Source: a bacterium (GTDB taxonomy: Bacteria; JADJOY01). From it: a DNA stretch of 64,000 nucleotides. The position numbers and the translations under genes are program-made. This document shows positions 21,700 through 30,994 of the stretch, piece after piece. The DNA lies in contig JAXLQJ010000004.1 of NCBI GenBank assembly GCA_046331705.1, positions 62,001-126,000 on the forward strand, given 5' to 3'. The number at the start of each line of letters is the position of its first letter. The first letter of the stretch is position 1. The notes below the pieces were generated by a model, which was not told where the DNA came from, did no database searches, and worked only from the letters and a program-made list of their open reading frames with translations.

Positions 21700-23385
21700 G
21701 TGAGCGCAGCGCCGTCGCAGCCCAAGGTCAAGGCCCAGCGGATCGCGAAGGCGTCTCCGTTCATCGCCGCCTTCAGCATCCTCACCATCGTCATCGGCGC
21801 GCTCTCCTGGATTCTCGTCGCCGAGCAGTTCGGCGCGACGAGTCACGCCGATCTGCTCTTCTGGGCGACGTTGGTGCCGGTGATGTTCGGGCAGCACACG
21901 CGCGGGGCGCTCAACCTGGCCTTCGTGCCGAGCTTCGCCGGCACGCGGGTCAAGGGCGGCGAGGAACAGGCGTGGCGGTTGGCCTCGAGCTTCGCCAATC
22001 TCGTCGTGGGAGTCGCGCTCGGCGTGGTGCTCGTGTACGCGCTCGTCGCGCCACTCGGATTCCGCTGGATGACCGGCCGGGATCCCGAGGCCGCGGCCGA
22101 GTTCGCGCGCCTCACGTGGATCCTCGCGTGGATCCTGGTGCTGTGGGTCGTCTTCGCGGTGGTCGAAGCGCTGCTCTACTCGTATCAGCACTACACCACC
22201 ACCGCGTTCTCCACGATGATCTCGACGATCGGTCTGATCGTGGGCGTGAAGGTGCTGGGGCCGCGACTCGGCATCCTCGGCGCTGCCATCGGCATGACCG
22301 GCGGGTACGTGGTGCAGGCCATGGTTCCGGCGGCGCGCCTGTTGCCGTACCGACACCTCTACCGGCGCGGCGTCGACTGGTCGCAACCCGAGTTCCGCGA
22401 GGCCGTCGCCCGGCTCGGCCCCATCGTGATCTTCTCGGTGTGCATGCTCGGCGGCTTCGGAGTGGCGTACGCCGTGTGCGCGAGGCTCGGCGAGGGACGC
22501 GTGGCCGCCTTCCGCTATTGCACGCAGTTGTTGATCGTCCTGCCCGCGCTCGTGAACAGCGCGATCGTGGCGCCGCTCTATCCGCGCATGGCGGAGAAGG
22601 TCGCCGAGGGCGACCACGACACGCTGAAGTGGATGCTGCAGACGTTCGTGCGCATGGTCTTCTTCTTGATGCTGCCGTTCGTCGTGTTGCTGATGGCGCT
22701 ACGGGTGCCGATCGTCCAAGCCCTGTTCGAGCGCGGCGCGTTCACGCCCGAGAGCACCCGGCTCACGGCGATGGCCGTGCTCGGGTTGGCGCCCTGGGTG
22801 CTGGCGATGACGCTGAATCAGCTGCCGACGTCCCTCGCCATGTCGGTCGGCAAGGCGCGGCTGCTCGCCACCATGGGCGCAGTGCTCTTGCCAATCATGG
22901 GTGCGCTCGGGTTCGCGATGTCGAAAGGCCTGGGCTGGGACGTCGCGGGGATCTCCGCGGCGTTCTCGCTCAACTTCTGGATCTCGTTTCCGCTCTTGCT
23001 GCTGATGCTGCGGCGCGAGCTGGGAAGCCTCGGGATGTCGTCGCTCCTGCTGCAGAACGTCCGCACCCTGGCCGCTGCAGCGGCGATGGGTGTCGTCATC
23101 TCGCTGCCGGCCCGGCTCCTGACGAGCTGGCTCGATGGACTGAGCGTCGCGCGCCGCCTGACGGGCGCGTCGCTGACGCTGGCGCGGCTGGGAGAATGCG
23201 CGGTGCTCGGTCTGGCCGGGCTCGCGCTCTACGTGCTGCTCGCACGCCTGGCGCGGGTGCCGGAGGCGCTCGACTTCCGCGCCGCGATGCAGTCGATCCG
23301 TGGTCCGAAGGCGGAGCCTGCGGCGCCCAACGCCGCCGAGAGCGAAACCGTGGGCGAGGCCGCGCCGAGCGGCGTCAGCTCTTGA
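21700..23385 (+). CDS. murJ: MurJ/MviN-like lipid-linked oligosaccharide flippase
   Basis: About 13-14 TM helices; FGA...AD, ALNLAFVPSF, PIVQALFERGAFTPEST. It may be a paralog rather than the main lipid II flippase. Confidence 0.75.
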   Translation: MSAAPSQPKVKAQRIAKASPFIAAFSILTIVIGALSWILVAEQFGATSHADLLFWATLVPVMFGQHTRGALNLAFVPSFAGTRVKGGEEQAWRLASSFANLVVGVALGVVLVYALVAPLGFRWMTGRDPEAAAEFARLTWILAWILVLWVVFAVVEALLYSYQHYTTTAFSTMISTIGLIVGVKVLGPRLGILGAAIGMTGGYVVQAMVPAARLLPYRHLYRRGVDWSQPEFREAVARLGPIVIFSVCMLGGFGVAYAVCARLGEGRVAAFRYCTQLLIVLPALVNSAIVAPLYPRMAEKVAEGDHDTLKWMLQTFVRMVFFLMLPFVVLLMALRVPIVQALFERGAFTPESTRLTAMAVLGLAPWVLAMTLNQLPTSLAMSVGKARLLATMGAVLLPIMGALGFAMSKGLGWDVAGISAAFSLNFWISFPLLLLMLRRELGSLGMSSLLLQNVRTLAAAAAMGVVISLPARLLTSWLDGLSVARRLTGASLTLARLGECAVLGLAGLALYVLLARLARVPEALDFRAAMQSIRGPKAEPAAPNAAESETVGEAAPSGVSS

Positions 23386-24406
23386 CCAGCGACCGGATCC
23401 ACTCGTAGCCGAGCAGGTTCTCGGTCAGAAACGGCTTGAGGTTCCCCACCGGAACACCGGCGACGGCCTTCTGGCAGAGCCGGTCGCACTTCGGGCACAG
23501 ATGGCCTTCGGGAAACCGACGGCTCGCCATCTCCTCGCGCAGCCGCCGCATCGGCTCGCCGTTCCAGATCTCCGGCAGCGTCTGCGTTCGGCAATCCCCG
23601 AGGATGATGTCCTCGAAGTAATCCTGCGGGCACGGCGACACGCGGCCATCCCAGAAGATCGTCATCGCGTACCACGGGAACGTGCACGGTACGTAGCCGC
23701 GCCCCATGCCCTCGGCCCAGGTGACGTCGTCCTCGACGGTGACGTGACCGGCCCAGTTGTGGAGACGCTTGCGATAGAACTTGTCGAGCCCGAGCCCGCG
23801 CAGGTGCTCTTCCAGCTTGGCGCCCTTCTCGCGCTGCTCGGGCGTCTTCATGTCCTCCATCTCGATCACCTGGAAGACGGTGTACGGCTTCTCGGCGCCG
23901 CGCCCCTGGCGGGCGCGAAGGAAGCCCTCGATGTGCGCGAGGGTCTTCTCGAACTTCCCGTTCACGCGATTGCGCTCGTAGGTCGCCTTGTCGTACCCGT
24001 CGAACGAGAAGCTCAGCAGATCCGGCGCCGCGTCCAGCAATCGATCCACACGCTCGGTGTTCAGGATGGTGGCGTTGGTGTGGATCCGGGTGCGGATGCC
24101 GCGCTCGCGACAGAGCCGCACCATCGCGCAGAGGTCCTTGTGGAAGGTGGACTCGCCGCGATGGGTGAGGTTCACGTCGTAGACGAAACCTCGTGCCTCG
24201 TCGACGATCTTCTCGAAGAGCCCGAGGTCCATGTAACCGCGCGGCGGCTGCTCCGGCACGGCCTGCGGGCAATACGGACAGCGCAGGTTGCACCAGCTCG
24301 TGGGCTCGATCCACAGCCGAACCGGCATCGCCTGCGACGTGATCTCCTGCCGTCGGAACGACCAGTAGACCTTCGCCAGTGCGAGAAGTTGCTGGGCCTT
24401 GTTCAT
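23375..24406 (-). CDS. Radical SAM/SPASM(twitch) domain protein
   Basis: IEPTSWCNLRCPYC, HRGE, HTNAT, FSFDG; C-terminal CTFPW...WDGRVSPCPQD...LGD...EIWNG...CPKC. Confidence 0.9.
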   Translation of the reverse strand: MNKAQQLLALAKVYWSFRRQEITSQAMPVRLWIEPTSWCNLRCPYCPQAVPEQPPRGYMDLGLFEKIVDEARGFVYDVNLTHRGESTFHKDLCAMVRLCRERGIRTRIHTNATILNTERVDRLLDAAPDLLSFSFDGYDKATYERNRVNGKFEKTLAHIEGFLRARQGRGAEKPYTVFQVIEMEDMKTPEQREKGAKLEEHLRGLGLDKFYRKRLHNWAGHVTVEDDVTWAEGMGRGYVPCTFPWYAMTIFWDGRVSPCPQDYFEDIILGDCRTQTLPEIWNGEPMRRLREEMASRRFPEGHLCPKCDRLCQKAVAGVPVGNLKPFLTENLLGYEWIRSLVKS

Positions 24407-24461
24407 GTTCGTTTCGCTCGACACCGGCGAGCGGCGGCCGCGGTCGCGCGCGGCCTTGCCG

Positions 24462-26492
24462 TCAAGCGCGCGGCGCCGCCGTGGCTGCCGCACGTTCCAG
24501 CGCAGCGCTGCCGACGGCGTGGACGACGGCCACCCGAGTCTGTTCCAGGTATCGCTCCCAGCTGTAACGCTCGGTGTAACGCGCCCGCGCCGCCTTCGCG
24601 AGCTCGGCCGCTCGCGTGGCGTCCTCGAGGACGGCGACGATCCCCGCCGCGATGCCGTCCGGCGTCACCGGGGTGAGGCACGCCGTGGTGGCGTCGAGCA
24701 CCTGCGTGTGGGTGTAGAGATCGGTCGCGACGATCGGGCGCCCCCACTTGAGGTAGCTGTAAAGCTTGAGCGGGCTGTTCTGGCCGCGGCTGCGGGTGGA
24801 GACCAGCACGTCCGCCGCGCGCATGAACGCCGGCACGTCCTCGAGCGGCCGCTGCCCGGTCAAGATCACGGCCTTCGCGATGCCGAGCGCGGCGGCGCGC
24901 TCCGCGAGCACGGCCACCTGTCGCTGCTCGCCGCCCACCAACACCAGGCGCGCCTTGGGGACCGAGCGCAACACCAGGGGGAACGAGTCGAGCAGCAGAT
25001 CGAGCCCCTGGTTCACCTCCAGCGTGCCCGTGTAGAGAACGATGCGCGCGCCTTCGGCCGCGAGTGAATCGAGAAGCTCGCGGGACTCGCGCGCCTCGCG
25101 ACCCTCCTCGACCAGGTCGTCCGGAGGCCGGTTCTCGATGAGCACGCACGGTTTGTCGGGCGCGCGCCGATTCACGATGTCCACCAGCGACGGACAGACC
25201 GCGATCACGCTGTCCGAGGCCTCGAGGGTGGTCCGCTCGACGAGCCGCATGGCCTCGCGCGCGAATCGCGAGCGAGTGAACCCGTAGTTGTCGAGTTGCT
25301 CGGGCAGGCTCGAGTGCATGTCGTAGAGATGGGGCACTCCGACGAGCTTGCCGATCAGCGCCCCGATCAAGCCAGCCTCCTCGTGCCCCTGGATCAGGTG
25401 GTAGCGATTCCGCAACGCCAGCCCGAGCGCCTTGAACGCAACCAGCGCATCGAGCGGGATCTTGATCCACGACGGGCCGACGCGCACGTGCCGCACCCCC
25501 GGCAGCGCGGGAATCCGATGGATCCGCACGTTCCGGATCGGCACGTCCTGGCCGACGTGGTAGGTCACCAGATCGACCTCGGCGCCGAGGCTCGACAGCG
25601 CTTCCAGCCGATGGCGGACGCTGAACGGCGTGCCGCGCGAGCTGAAATACGGTTGAGGCGCGATCATCAACACGCGAAGTCGCTCGCGGCGCGTCGCGTG
25701 GATGGTGGCTGGAGCCCCCATCAAGCGCCGGAGCCCGAGCGCAGCGAGGCCACCTTCGATCACCTTCGAGAGGCCGAGCCGGCGCAGCTTGCGGTGAAAC
25801 GCGATTGGCAGCACGTACTCGCGGTGCGTCTCCCGGACCTCGAAGCCGTTGCGGATGAGCTCGCGCTTGAGCGCTCGGATCGAGAACGTCCGGTAGACCT
25901 GCTCGTCGGTGCCGAGGAGCCGCTTCAGCACGGGATCGAGCCGCGCGAAGCTCATTCGCGGCGGCACGTCGAACACCAGGTTCCGATCGGCGACCCGGCA
26001 GAGCTCGGCGAGCGCGCCCTTCCAGTCCACCACGTGCATCAGCACGCGCAGGCAAACGACGGAGTCGAACGCGCGATCGCCGAACGGGAGATCGTGGGCA
26101 TCTCCGGTCAAGAGCGCCAGGCGACCGGCGACCTCCGGCGACGACTTCTCGCTGGCGCAGCCGAGCATGAGCGGCGAGGCGTCGATGCCCACCACCCGCG
26201 CGCCGTCCCGCGCCAGCGGCAAGGCGAGGCGCCCCGTGCCCACACCGACGTCGAGGATCCGCCGCCCAGCGACCGGATGCGCGAGCATCCGCCGCACCAC
26301 CTGCTCCTGGCCGTCGGCGATCCACTGCCCGATCTCGCCGCTGAACTTCGAGCGATCGAAATCGCGCGCGATCTCGGGGCGCTGATAGACGCGATACGAG
26401 TAATGGTCGGACTGGCGCGTCGCCGCGGCGACCGCTCGCACCGCCGGCGGGGCCGGGGCCGCGGCGGGCTCGGACGTCTTGCCGGGAGGCAC
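24462..26492 (-). CDS. Class I SAM methyltransferase fused to a GT4 family glycosyltransferase
   Basis: GTG start preceded by AGGAG. N-terminal ILDVGVGTGR, GIDAS, GDAHDLPF; then in frame LRVLMIAPQPYF, YTGTLEVNQG, ADVLVS, PLKLYSY, PIVATD. Confidence 0.85.
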   Translation of the reverse strand: MPPGKTSEPAAAPAPPAVRAVAAATRQSDHYSYRVYQRPEIARDFDRSKFSGEIGQWIADGQEQVVRRMLAHPVAGRRILDVGVGTGRLALPLARDGARVVGIDASPLMLGCASEKSSPEVAGRLALLTGDAHDLPFGDRAFDSVVCLRVLMHVVDWKGALAELCRVADRNLVFDVPPRMSFARLDPVLKRLLGTDEQVYRTFSIRALKRELIRNGFEVRETHREYVLPIAFHRKLRRLGLSKVIEGGLAALGLRRLMGAPATIHATRRERLRVLMIAPQPYFSSRGTPFSVRHRLEALSSLGAEVDLVTYHVGQDVPIRNVRIHRIPALPGVRHVRVGPSWIKIPLDALVAFKALGLALRNRYHLIQGHEEAGLIGALIGKLVGVPHLYDMHSSLPEQLDNYGFTRSRFAREAMRLVERTTLEASDSVIAVCPSLVDIVNRRAPDKPCVLIENRPPDDLVEEGREARESRELLDSLAAEGARIVLYTGTLEVNQGLDLLLDSFPLVLRSVPKARLVLVGGEQRQVAVLAERAAALGIAKAVILTGQRPLEDVPAFMRAADVLVSTRSRGQNSPLKLYSYLKWGRPIVATDLYTHTQVLDATTACLTPVTPDGIAAGIVAVLEDATRAAELAKAARARYTERYSWERYLEQTRVAVVHAVGSAALERAAATAAPRA

Positions 26493-26581
26493 CGCGTGCT
26501 CCTGTCGGGCCGATTGACCCGTTCCATCCGCCACCCGCAACGCTCCCGTCACGACGACCCTCCCTCGCGTTCGTGCACCGC

Positions 26582-28081
26582 TCAGTGCACCGTGAAGCCG
26601 ACCGGCCCGTGATGCGGCGTCTCGCCGCGCAGCCGCGCCATCAAGCGAAACCGGAGCAAGGTCAGCGTCAGCACCGCGTAGCGATAGACGTCTCGCCACG
26701 AGTAGAGACTCGACAGCACCGCCGGAAGCTTGCGCTTGACCCGGACTTTCTTGTGGGCGATCGAGAAGCGCACCATCAGCTCGCAGATCTGCGCCCACGA
26801 GAGCTTGTCGAGATAGAGCGGCGCATGACCCTGCACCGCGGGCAAGAGGACGACGCGGGAGTCGTGCTCGACGCTCCACGAGAAGTCCTTGGGAAGCTGA
26901 CCTTCCTCCCGTGCCCGGTCCTCGATCGGCGTCCCGGGATAGACGTGCAGGATGGACATGCTCGCGTCGGCGCGATTGCGCACCTTCTCGATCACGCCGA
27001 TGGTCTCCTGCGCCTCCGCCCAGGTCTCGGTCGGATGCGAGAAGACGAAGAACGCCGAGGGCACCATGCCGAGCTCGTTGCACCAATCGATGACGTCGTA
27101 GGCCTGATCGAGGGTGGCGCGCTTGGTGATGATGTCGCGCGACACTCGCTCGTTCGCCGACTCGATGCCGAAGCCGACCCCGAACAAGCCACACTCGTGC
27201 ATCCGCGCGAGCAACGCGCGATCCATCACGTCCACCCGCACCTCGCACCACCAGTGCATGCGCAGCTTGCGGCGCTCCATCTCGTCGCAGATCTCGTAGA
27301 CGCGCTTGGGGCTGTAGTTGAAGGTGTCGTCGTAGAACCAGATCGCCTGCGCGCCGTACTTCTCCTTCAGGAGCTGCATCTCGTCGACCACCTGCAACGG
27401 GGTGATGGCGCGCATCTTCCGGCCCCAATTGGTGGGCGTCGCGCAGAACTTACAGGTGAACGGACAACCGCGGCTGGTCATGATGTTGCCGCCCGGCACC
27501 TTGCCGACGCCCGGGACGTCCATCAGGAACGGATAGCGTTCCATCGGCTCCAGATGGCGCGCGGGCATCGGCATCGTCGACAGGTCGCGCATCAGCGCAC
27601 GCTTGGGATTGCGCGTGATCTTGCCGTTGCGCCAGGTCAGCCCGGCGACCGACTCGAGCGAGCTGCCCAGCTCGAGCGCCTGGACGGTCTCGAGCATCGT
27701 CTCCTCGCCTTCGCCTTCGCACACGGCGTCGATGGCGCGGATGTGCTCGAGGGTATCGATGCCCGTCCCGTTGAAATGCGGCCCACCCATGATCGTGAAC
27801 GCGCCGGGGTGGGCCTGCTTCGCGACTTCCGCGAGACGGAAGCTCAAGAAGCGATTCTCGGTGGTGGTGGTGACACCGACGACGTCCGGCCGGTCATTCC
27901 GGATCTTGTCGGCCACCTGGTTCCAGTCCATCCCGAGAATGTGGGTGGGCACGACTTCGATGTCGTAGCCCGCCTCTTCGAGGACGGCGGCGATGTAGAG
28001 ATGCCCGAGCGCCGGCATCATGTTTTCCTGCCAACGTTCGGCGAAGTAGCCGCCGGGAGGAACGTAGAGCTGAATCTTCAT
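26582..28081 (-). CDS. B12-binding-domain radical SAM protein
   Basis: PALGHLYIAAVL, MGGPH, GEGEET, TSRGCPFTCKFC, FYDDTF, FGIES, YPGTPI. Confidence 0.92.
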   Translation of the reverse strand: MKIQLYVPPGGYFAERWQENMMPALGHLYIAAVLEEAGYDIEVVPTHILGMDWNQVADKIRNDRPDVVGVTTTTENRFLSFRLAEVAKQAHPGAFTIMGGPHFNGTGIDTLEHIRAIDAVCEGEGEETMLETVQALELGSSLESVAGLTWRNGKITRNPKRALMRDLSTMPMPARHLEPMERYPFLMDVPGVGKVPGGNIMTSRGCPFTCKFCATPTNWGRKMRAITPLQVVDEMQLLKEKYGAQAIWFYDDTFNYSPKRVYEICDEMERRKLRMHWWCEVRVDVMDRALLARMHECGLFGVGFGIESANERVSRDIITKRATLDQAYDVIDWCNELGMVPSAFFVFSHPTETWAEAQETIGVIEKVRNRADASMSILHVYPGTPIEDRAREEGQLPKDFSWSVEHDSRVVLLPAVQGHAPLYLDKLSWAQICELMVRFSIAHKKVRVKRKLPAVLSSLYSWRDVYRYAVLTLTLLRFRLMARLRGETPHHGPVGFTVH

Positions 28082-28397
28082 GCGGTGCGACCTTCCCGCC
28101 GCGCTCGGGAACGCGAGCCGGCGGATTGAAATCACGCCTATGACGCGACGCGCAATCCGCGACGTCGCCCACTCTAGCCGAGCGCCACGCTCGGCACAAG
28201 GACGCTTGGGATGGGTAGACGGAGCGCAACGTAACGGTGGGCATGGGGCGCGTCAAACCTGCGATGCCCACAGGTTGCGGCCTCCAAGTACGCCATCCCC
28301 AACCGGTAGCGCACGACGATCGGTTGGCCCAGACCGCACCGCCCCGAGCAGCCAGCGACGCGCTTGGGACGCACTGGCGCGGTGCGTCAGCGGGGAT

Positions 28398-29153
28398 TCA
28401 GGGGTCGAGACGCGACCGCTGGACCCGTGCGGGGATGCCGGTGGCGATCGCGAACGCCGGGACGTCCTTGGTGACCACCGCGCCGGCGCCCACGACCGCG
28501 TCGTGACCGATCGTGACACCGTCCATGATCGTCACGTGGGCGCCGATCCAGCAGTTGTCCTCGATCCGCACGCCGCGCGTGGACGAGCCCTGTTGGATGA
28601 TCGGAACGTCCACGCGGTCGAAGTCGTGACGGCCGCCGCCGAGGACGTAGCAGAACGAGGAGATCAGCACGTTCGAGCCGATCTCGACGTTCGACTCGGA
28701 GTGGATCACGCAGTTGATGCCGACGTTGGTGCGGTCGCCGATCCGGATGCTTCCCTCCTTGCAGCCGATCACCGAGTTGCGACCCACCATCACGAAGTCG
28801 CCGATGCGAATGCCGTCGTTGGCGACGCCCTTGGCGTCGAGGACCGCGCCATCGTCGAAGATGCAGCCCGCGCCCACCCGTACCTTGTGCGGCTGACGCA
28901 AGGCGATGTTGCGACCGAAGGCGACGCCCGCGCCCACGGCGCCCAGCAGGCGCGGATAGAGAACCTTGCGCGCCGCGAAGCCGAGAGCACCCGGCAGCCC
29001 GGATGCCACGAGCACGACGAGCTCGAACAAAAGCCAGCGCCACAGCCCCACGTCGCCGACCACCGTCTCCCGGTAACGCGCCACCGCCGATCGACGGGGG
29101 TCCGTCATGCGACTCTGCAGGTCGGTTTTCTGCTCGGCTCGAACGTTGCTCAC
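28398..29153 (-). CDS. Hexapeptide-repeat (LbH) sugar O-acyltransferase
   Basis: Repeated I/VGxxxx hexapeptides, HDFDRVDVPIIQQG, IEDNCWIGA, VGAGAVVTKDVP, GIPAR. The GTG overlaps the upstream stop (GTGA). Confidence 0.88.
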   Translation of the reverse strand: MSNVRAEQKTDLQSRMTDPRRSAVARYRETVVGDVGLWRWLLFELVVLVASGLPGALGFAARKVLYPRLLGAVGAGVAFGRNIALRQPHKVRVGAGCIFDDGAVLDAKGVANDGIRIGDFVMVGRNSVIGCKEGSIRIGDRTNVGINCVIHSESNVEIGSNVLISSFCYVLGGGRHDFDRVDVPIIQQGSSTRGVRIEDNCWIGAHVTIMDGVTIGHDAVVGAGAVVTKDVPAFAIATGIPARVQRSRLDP

Positions 29154-30994
29154 CCTGCCCCTCCCGCACCCTGGCGCACCACGTCCAGATTCACGAAGAC
29201 CCCCAAGTAGCGCGTGTCGCCGACCAGGCCCGACTCGGACTCGAGCGCCGGCACGAAGCCCGCGCGACTCGTCACCGCAACACGATGGAGCACCACGTCG
29301 AGGCCCTTGTGTCGATAGCGGAAGCCACCGCCCGGCGCAAACGACACCGTGCGCACCTCGTTGGGCTCGAGCGCGAGCGCCGTCTCGACGCCCTCGACCC
29401 GGATGGTGACGCGGTTGGGCTTGGTGCCGTTGCGGATCGATAGCCGGATCTGATCCAGCGCTTCGCTCGATTGCAGCAAGAACTCCGCAGTCCGGCGCCC
29501 ACGCGTCCAGAAGCACCCGGCGCCTCGCGCACGCTCGTCCGGCACCCACGTGCAGCCCGACTCGGGACCGTAGAACGCGTCATCGAGGTAGTAGAGCTTG
29601 TAACGCACGGGATTGCCGAACGGTTTGCCGTACGCGTGCGGGTTGGTGTCCGTGGGCAAGTCGAGCAGCAGCTCGCGATCGGGCACGAACCACCGCCACG
29701 GAAAGCCCATCGCATGGCTCCCCGGCGACGCCGTGGCGGCGATCGGCGCCAGCAGCACCGAACCGAGCAGCAAACCCGCAACACCCCACGCGAACGCGAG
29801 GCTGCGCGACGCGAGCGGGCGCGCGAGCAGGAAGAAAAGCAGCGCGTAGGTGCCCATGAAGTAGCGATTCCCGATCGCGCCGCCTCCACCCACGTAGTTG
29901 AACGGGATGAAGTAGAGCGCCCAGCCGATCTCGACGGCGGCGACGGCGATCAAGCCCCAGCGCCACGCATCGCGCGGCCGGCGCAGGAACGCGAGCACCG
30001 CCAGCGCCGCGACCGGAAAGTGCCACGCGATCCCGCCGAACCTTCCGAGTGCGTACGCACGCCAACCCGCCACCCACTCCGCCAGCGTCGCCTCGTCGTC
30101 GAGCTTCTCGGTGGTCATCGGGAAGCATTGATCGATGCCGAGACGCGGATCCTCGAGCGGGAATCGAAACAGGCAGGTGACGCGGTGGCCGCCTTGGTAG
30201 TTGAGCTCGCCGGTCGTCCAGCGATTCACCGCGAAGAGCCCAGCCACGGTCGCGACGAACACGGCTCCCACCACCACCGTCCCACGCCAGCGCCGCCGCG
30301 CGAGGCAGGACAGGCCGAGCGGCACCGCGAGAACCACGTTCGGCATGGGCTTCAGGAACGTTGCCAGCCCGAACAGCACGGCTGCGGCCACCTCGCGCGG
30401 CTCGGTGCCGAATCGACGCGCCCACGCGCCGTCGAGGGGCTCGCGGCGAAACGGCGGGCGAAACCACAGACACATCCCGAGGAAGACCAGCGCGAAGTGC
30501 GTGACCTCGGTGGTCATCCAACGCGCGTAGATCGGCAGCACCGAGGCGCCGACGAAGGTGGCGGCCGTGGCGGCGGCGCCGCGCGCCAACCCCTGGACAC
30601 GCAACCACGCCGCGCCCGCGAGCACGCAGCCGGCGAGCAGCACTGCGTGGAGCGCGAGGAATCCGCGCCCGCCGAGCAAGCGCACGCCCGGTGCAGCGAG
30701 CAGCGGCAACAGGTACCCCTTGCCGTAGACGATGCGATCGCCCGCCACTTGCTTGAGGAAGACGCCCTGCGGTCCGCCCGGGAACTCGCGCTGGGAGCGC
30801 GCCAGATCCTCGCGCGTGTAGCTCAGGTCGAGATCGTGCGCGAGGCTCTCCGCCATCATGTAGTAGGTGGCTTCGTCGCTCTGGAACACCCGCTGGCGCG
30901 CGACGGGCAGATCGGAGGTGAGGCCGACGCCCACGGCGAAGCCGAGCACGGCCAGCGCGAGCACCAGCCCGCGGCGCGGGGCCCAGGCGCTCAC
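29150..30994 (-). CDS. Multi-pass membrane protein, GT-C-fold glycosyltransferase-like
   Basis: Acidic loop SDEATYY after the first TM, many TM segments, GNRYF motif and a soluble C-terminal domain. The start overlaps the mutS stop. Confidence 0.6.
   Translation of the reverse strand: MSAWAPRRGLVLALAVLGFAVGVGLTSDLPVARQRVFQSDEATYYMMAESLAHDLDLSYTREDLARSQREFPGGPQGVFLKQVAGDRIVYGKGYLLPLLAAPGVRLLGGRGFLALHAVLLAGCVLAGAAWLRVQGLARGAAATAATFVGASVLPIYARWMTTEVTHFALVFLGMCLWFRPPFRREPLDGAWARRFGTEPREVAAAVLFGLATFLKPMPNVVLAVPLGLSCLARRRWRGTVVVGAVFVATVAGLFAVNRWTTGELNYQGGHRVTCLFRFPLEDPRLGIDQCFPMTTEKLDDEATLAEWVAGWRAYALGRFGGIAWHFPVAALAVLAFLRRPRDAWRWGLIAVAAVEIGWALYFIPFNYVGGGGAIGNRYFMGTYALLFFLLARPLASRSLAFAWGVAGLLLGSVLLAPIAATASPGSHAMGFPWRWFVPDRELLLDLPTDTNPHAYGKPFGNPVRYKLYYLDDAFYGPESGCTWVPDERARGAGCFWTRGRRTAEFLLQSSEALDQIRLSIRNGTKPNRVTIRVEGVETALALEPNEVRTVSFAPGGGFRYRHKGLDVVLHRVAVTSRAGFVPALESESGLVGDTRYLGVFVNLDVVRQGAGGAG

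Noticed and set aside
20703-23408. 901-aa ORF spanning the P450 and MurJ-like genes
   Set aside because: An Arg/Gly/Ala-rich alternative frame with no recognisable domain.
26493-27428. 5' extension of the 988-aa ORF 24462-27428 (likewise the extension of 29150-32257 into mutS)
   Set aside because: It overlaps a confident upstream gene in another frame; better starts exist at 26492 (with RBS) and 30994 (stop-start overlap).
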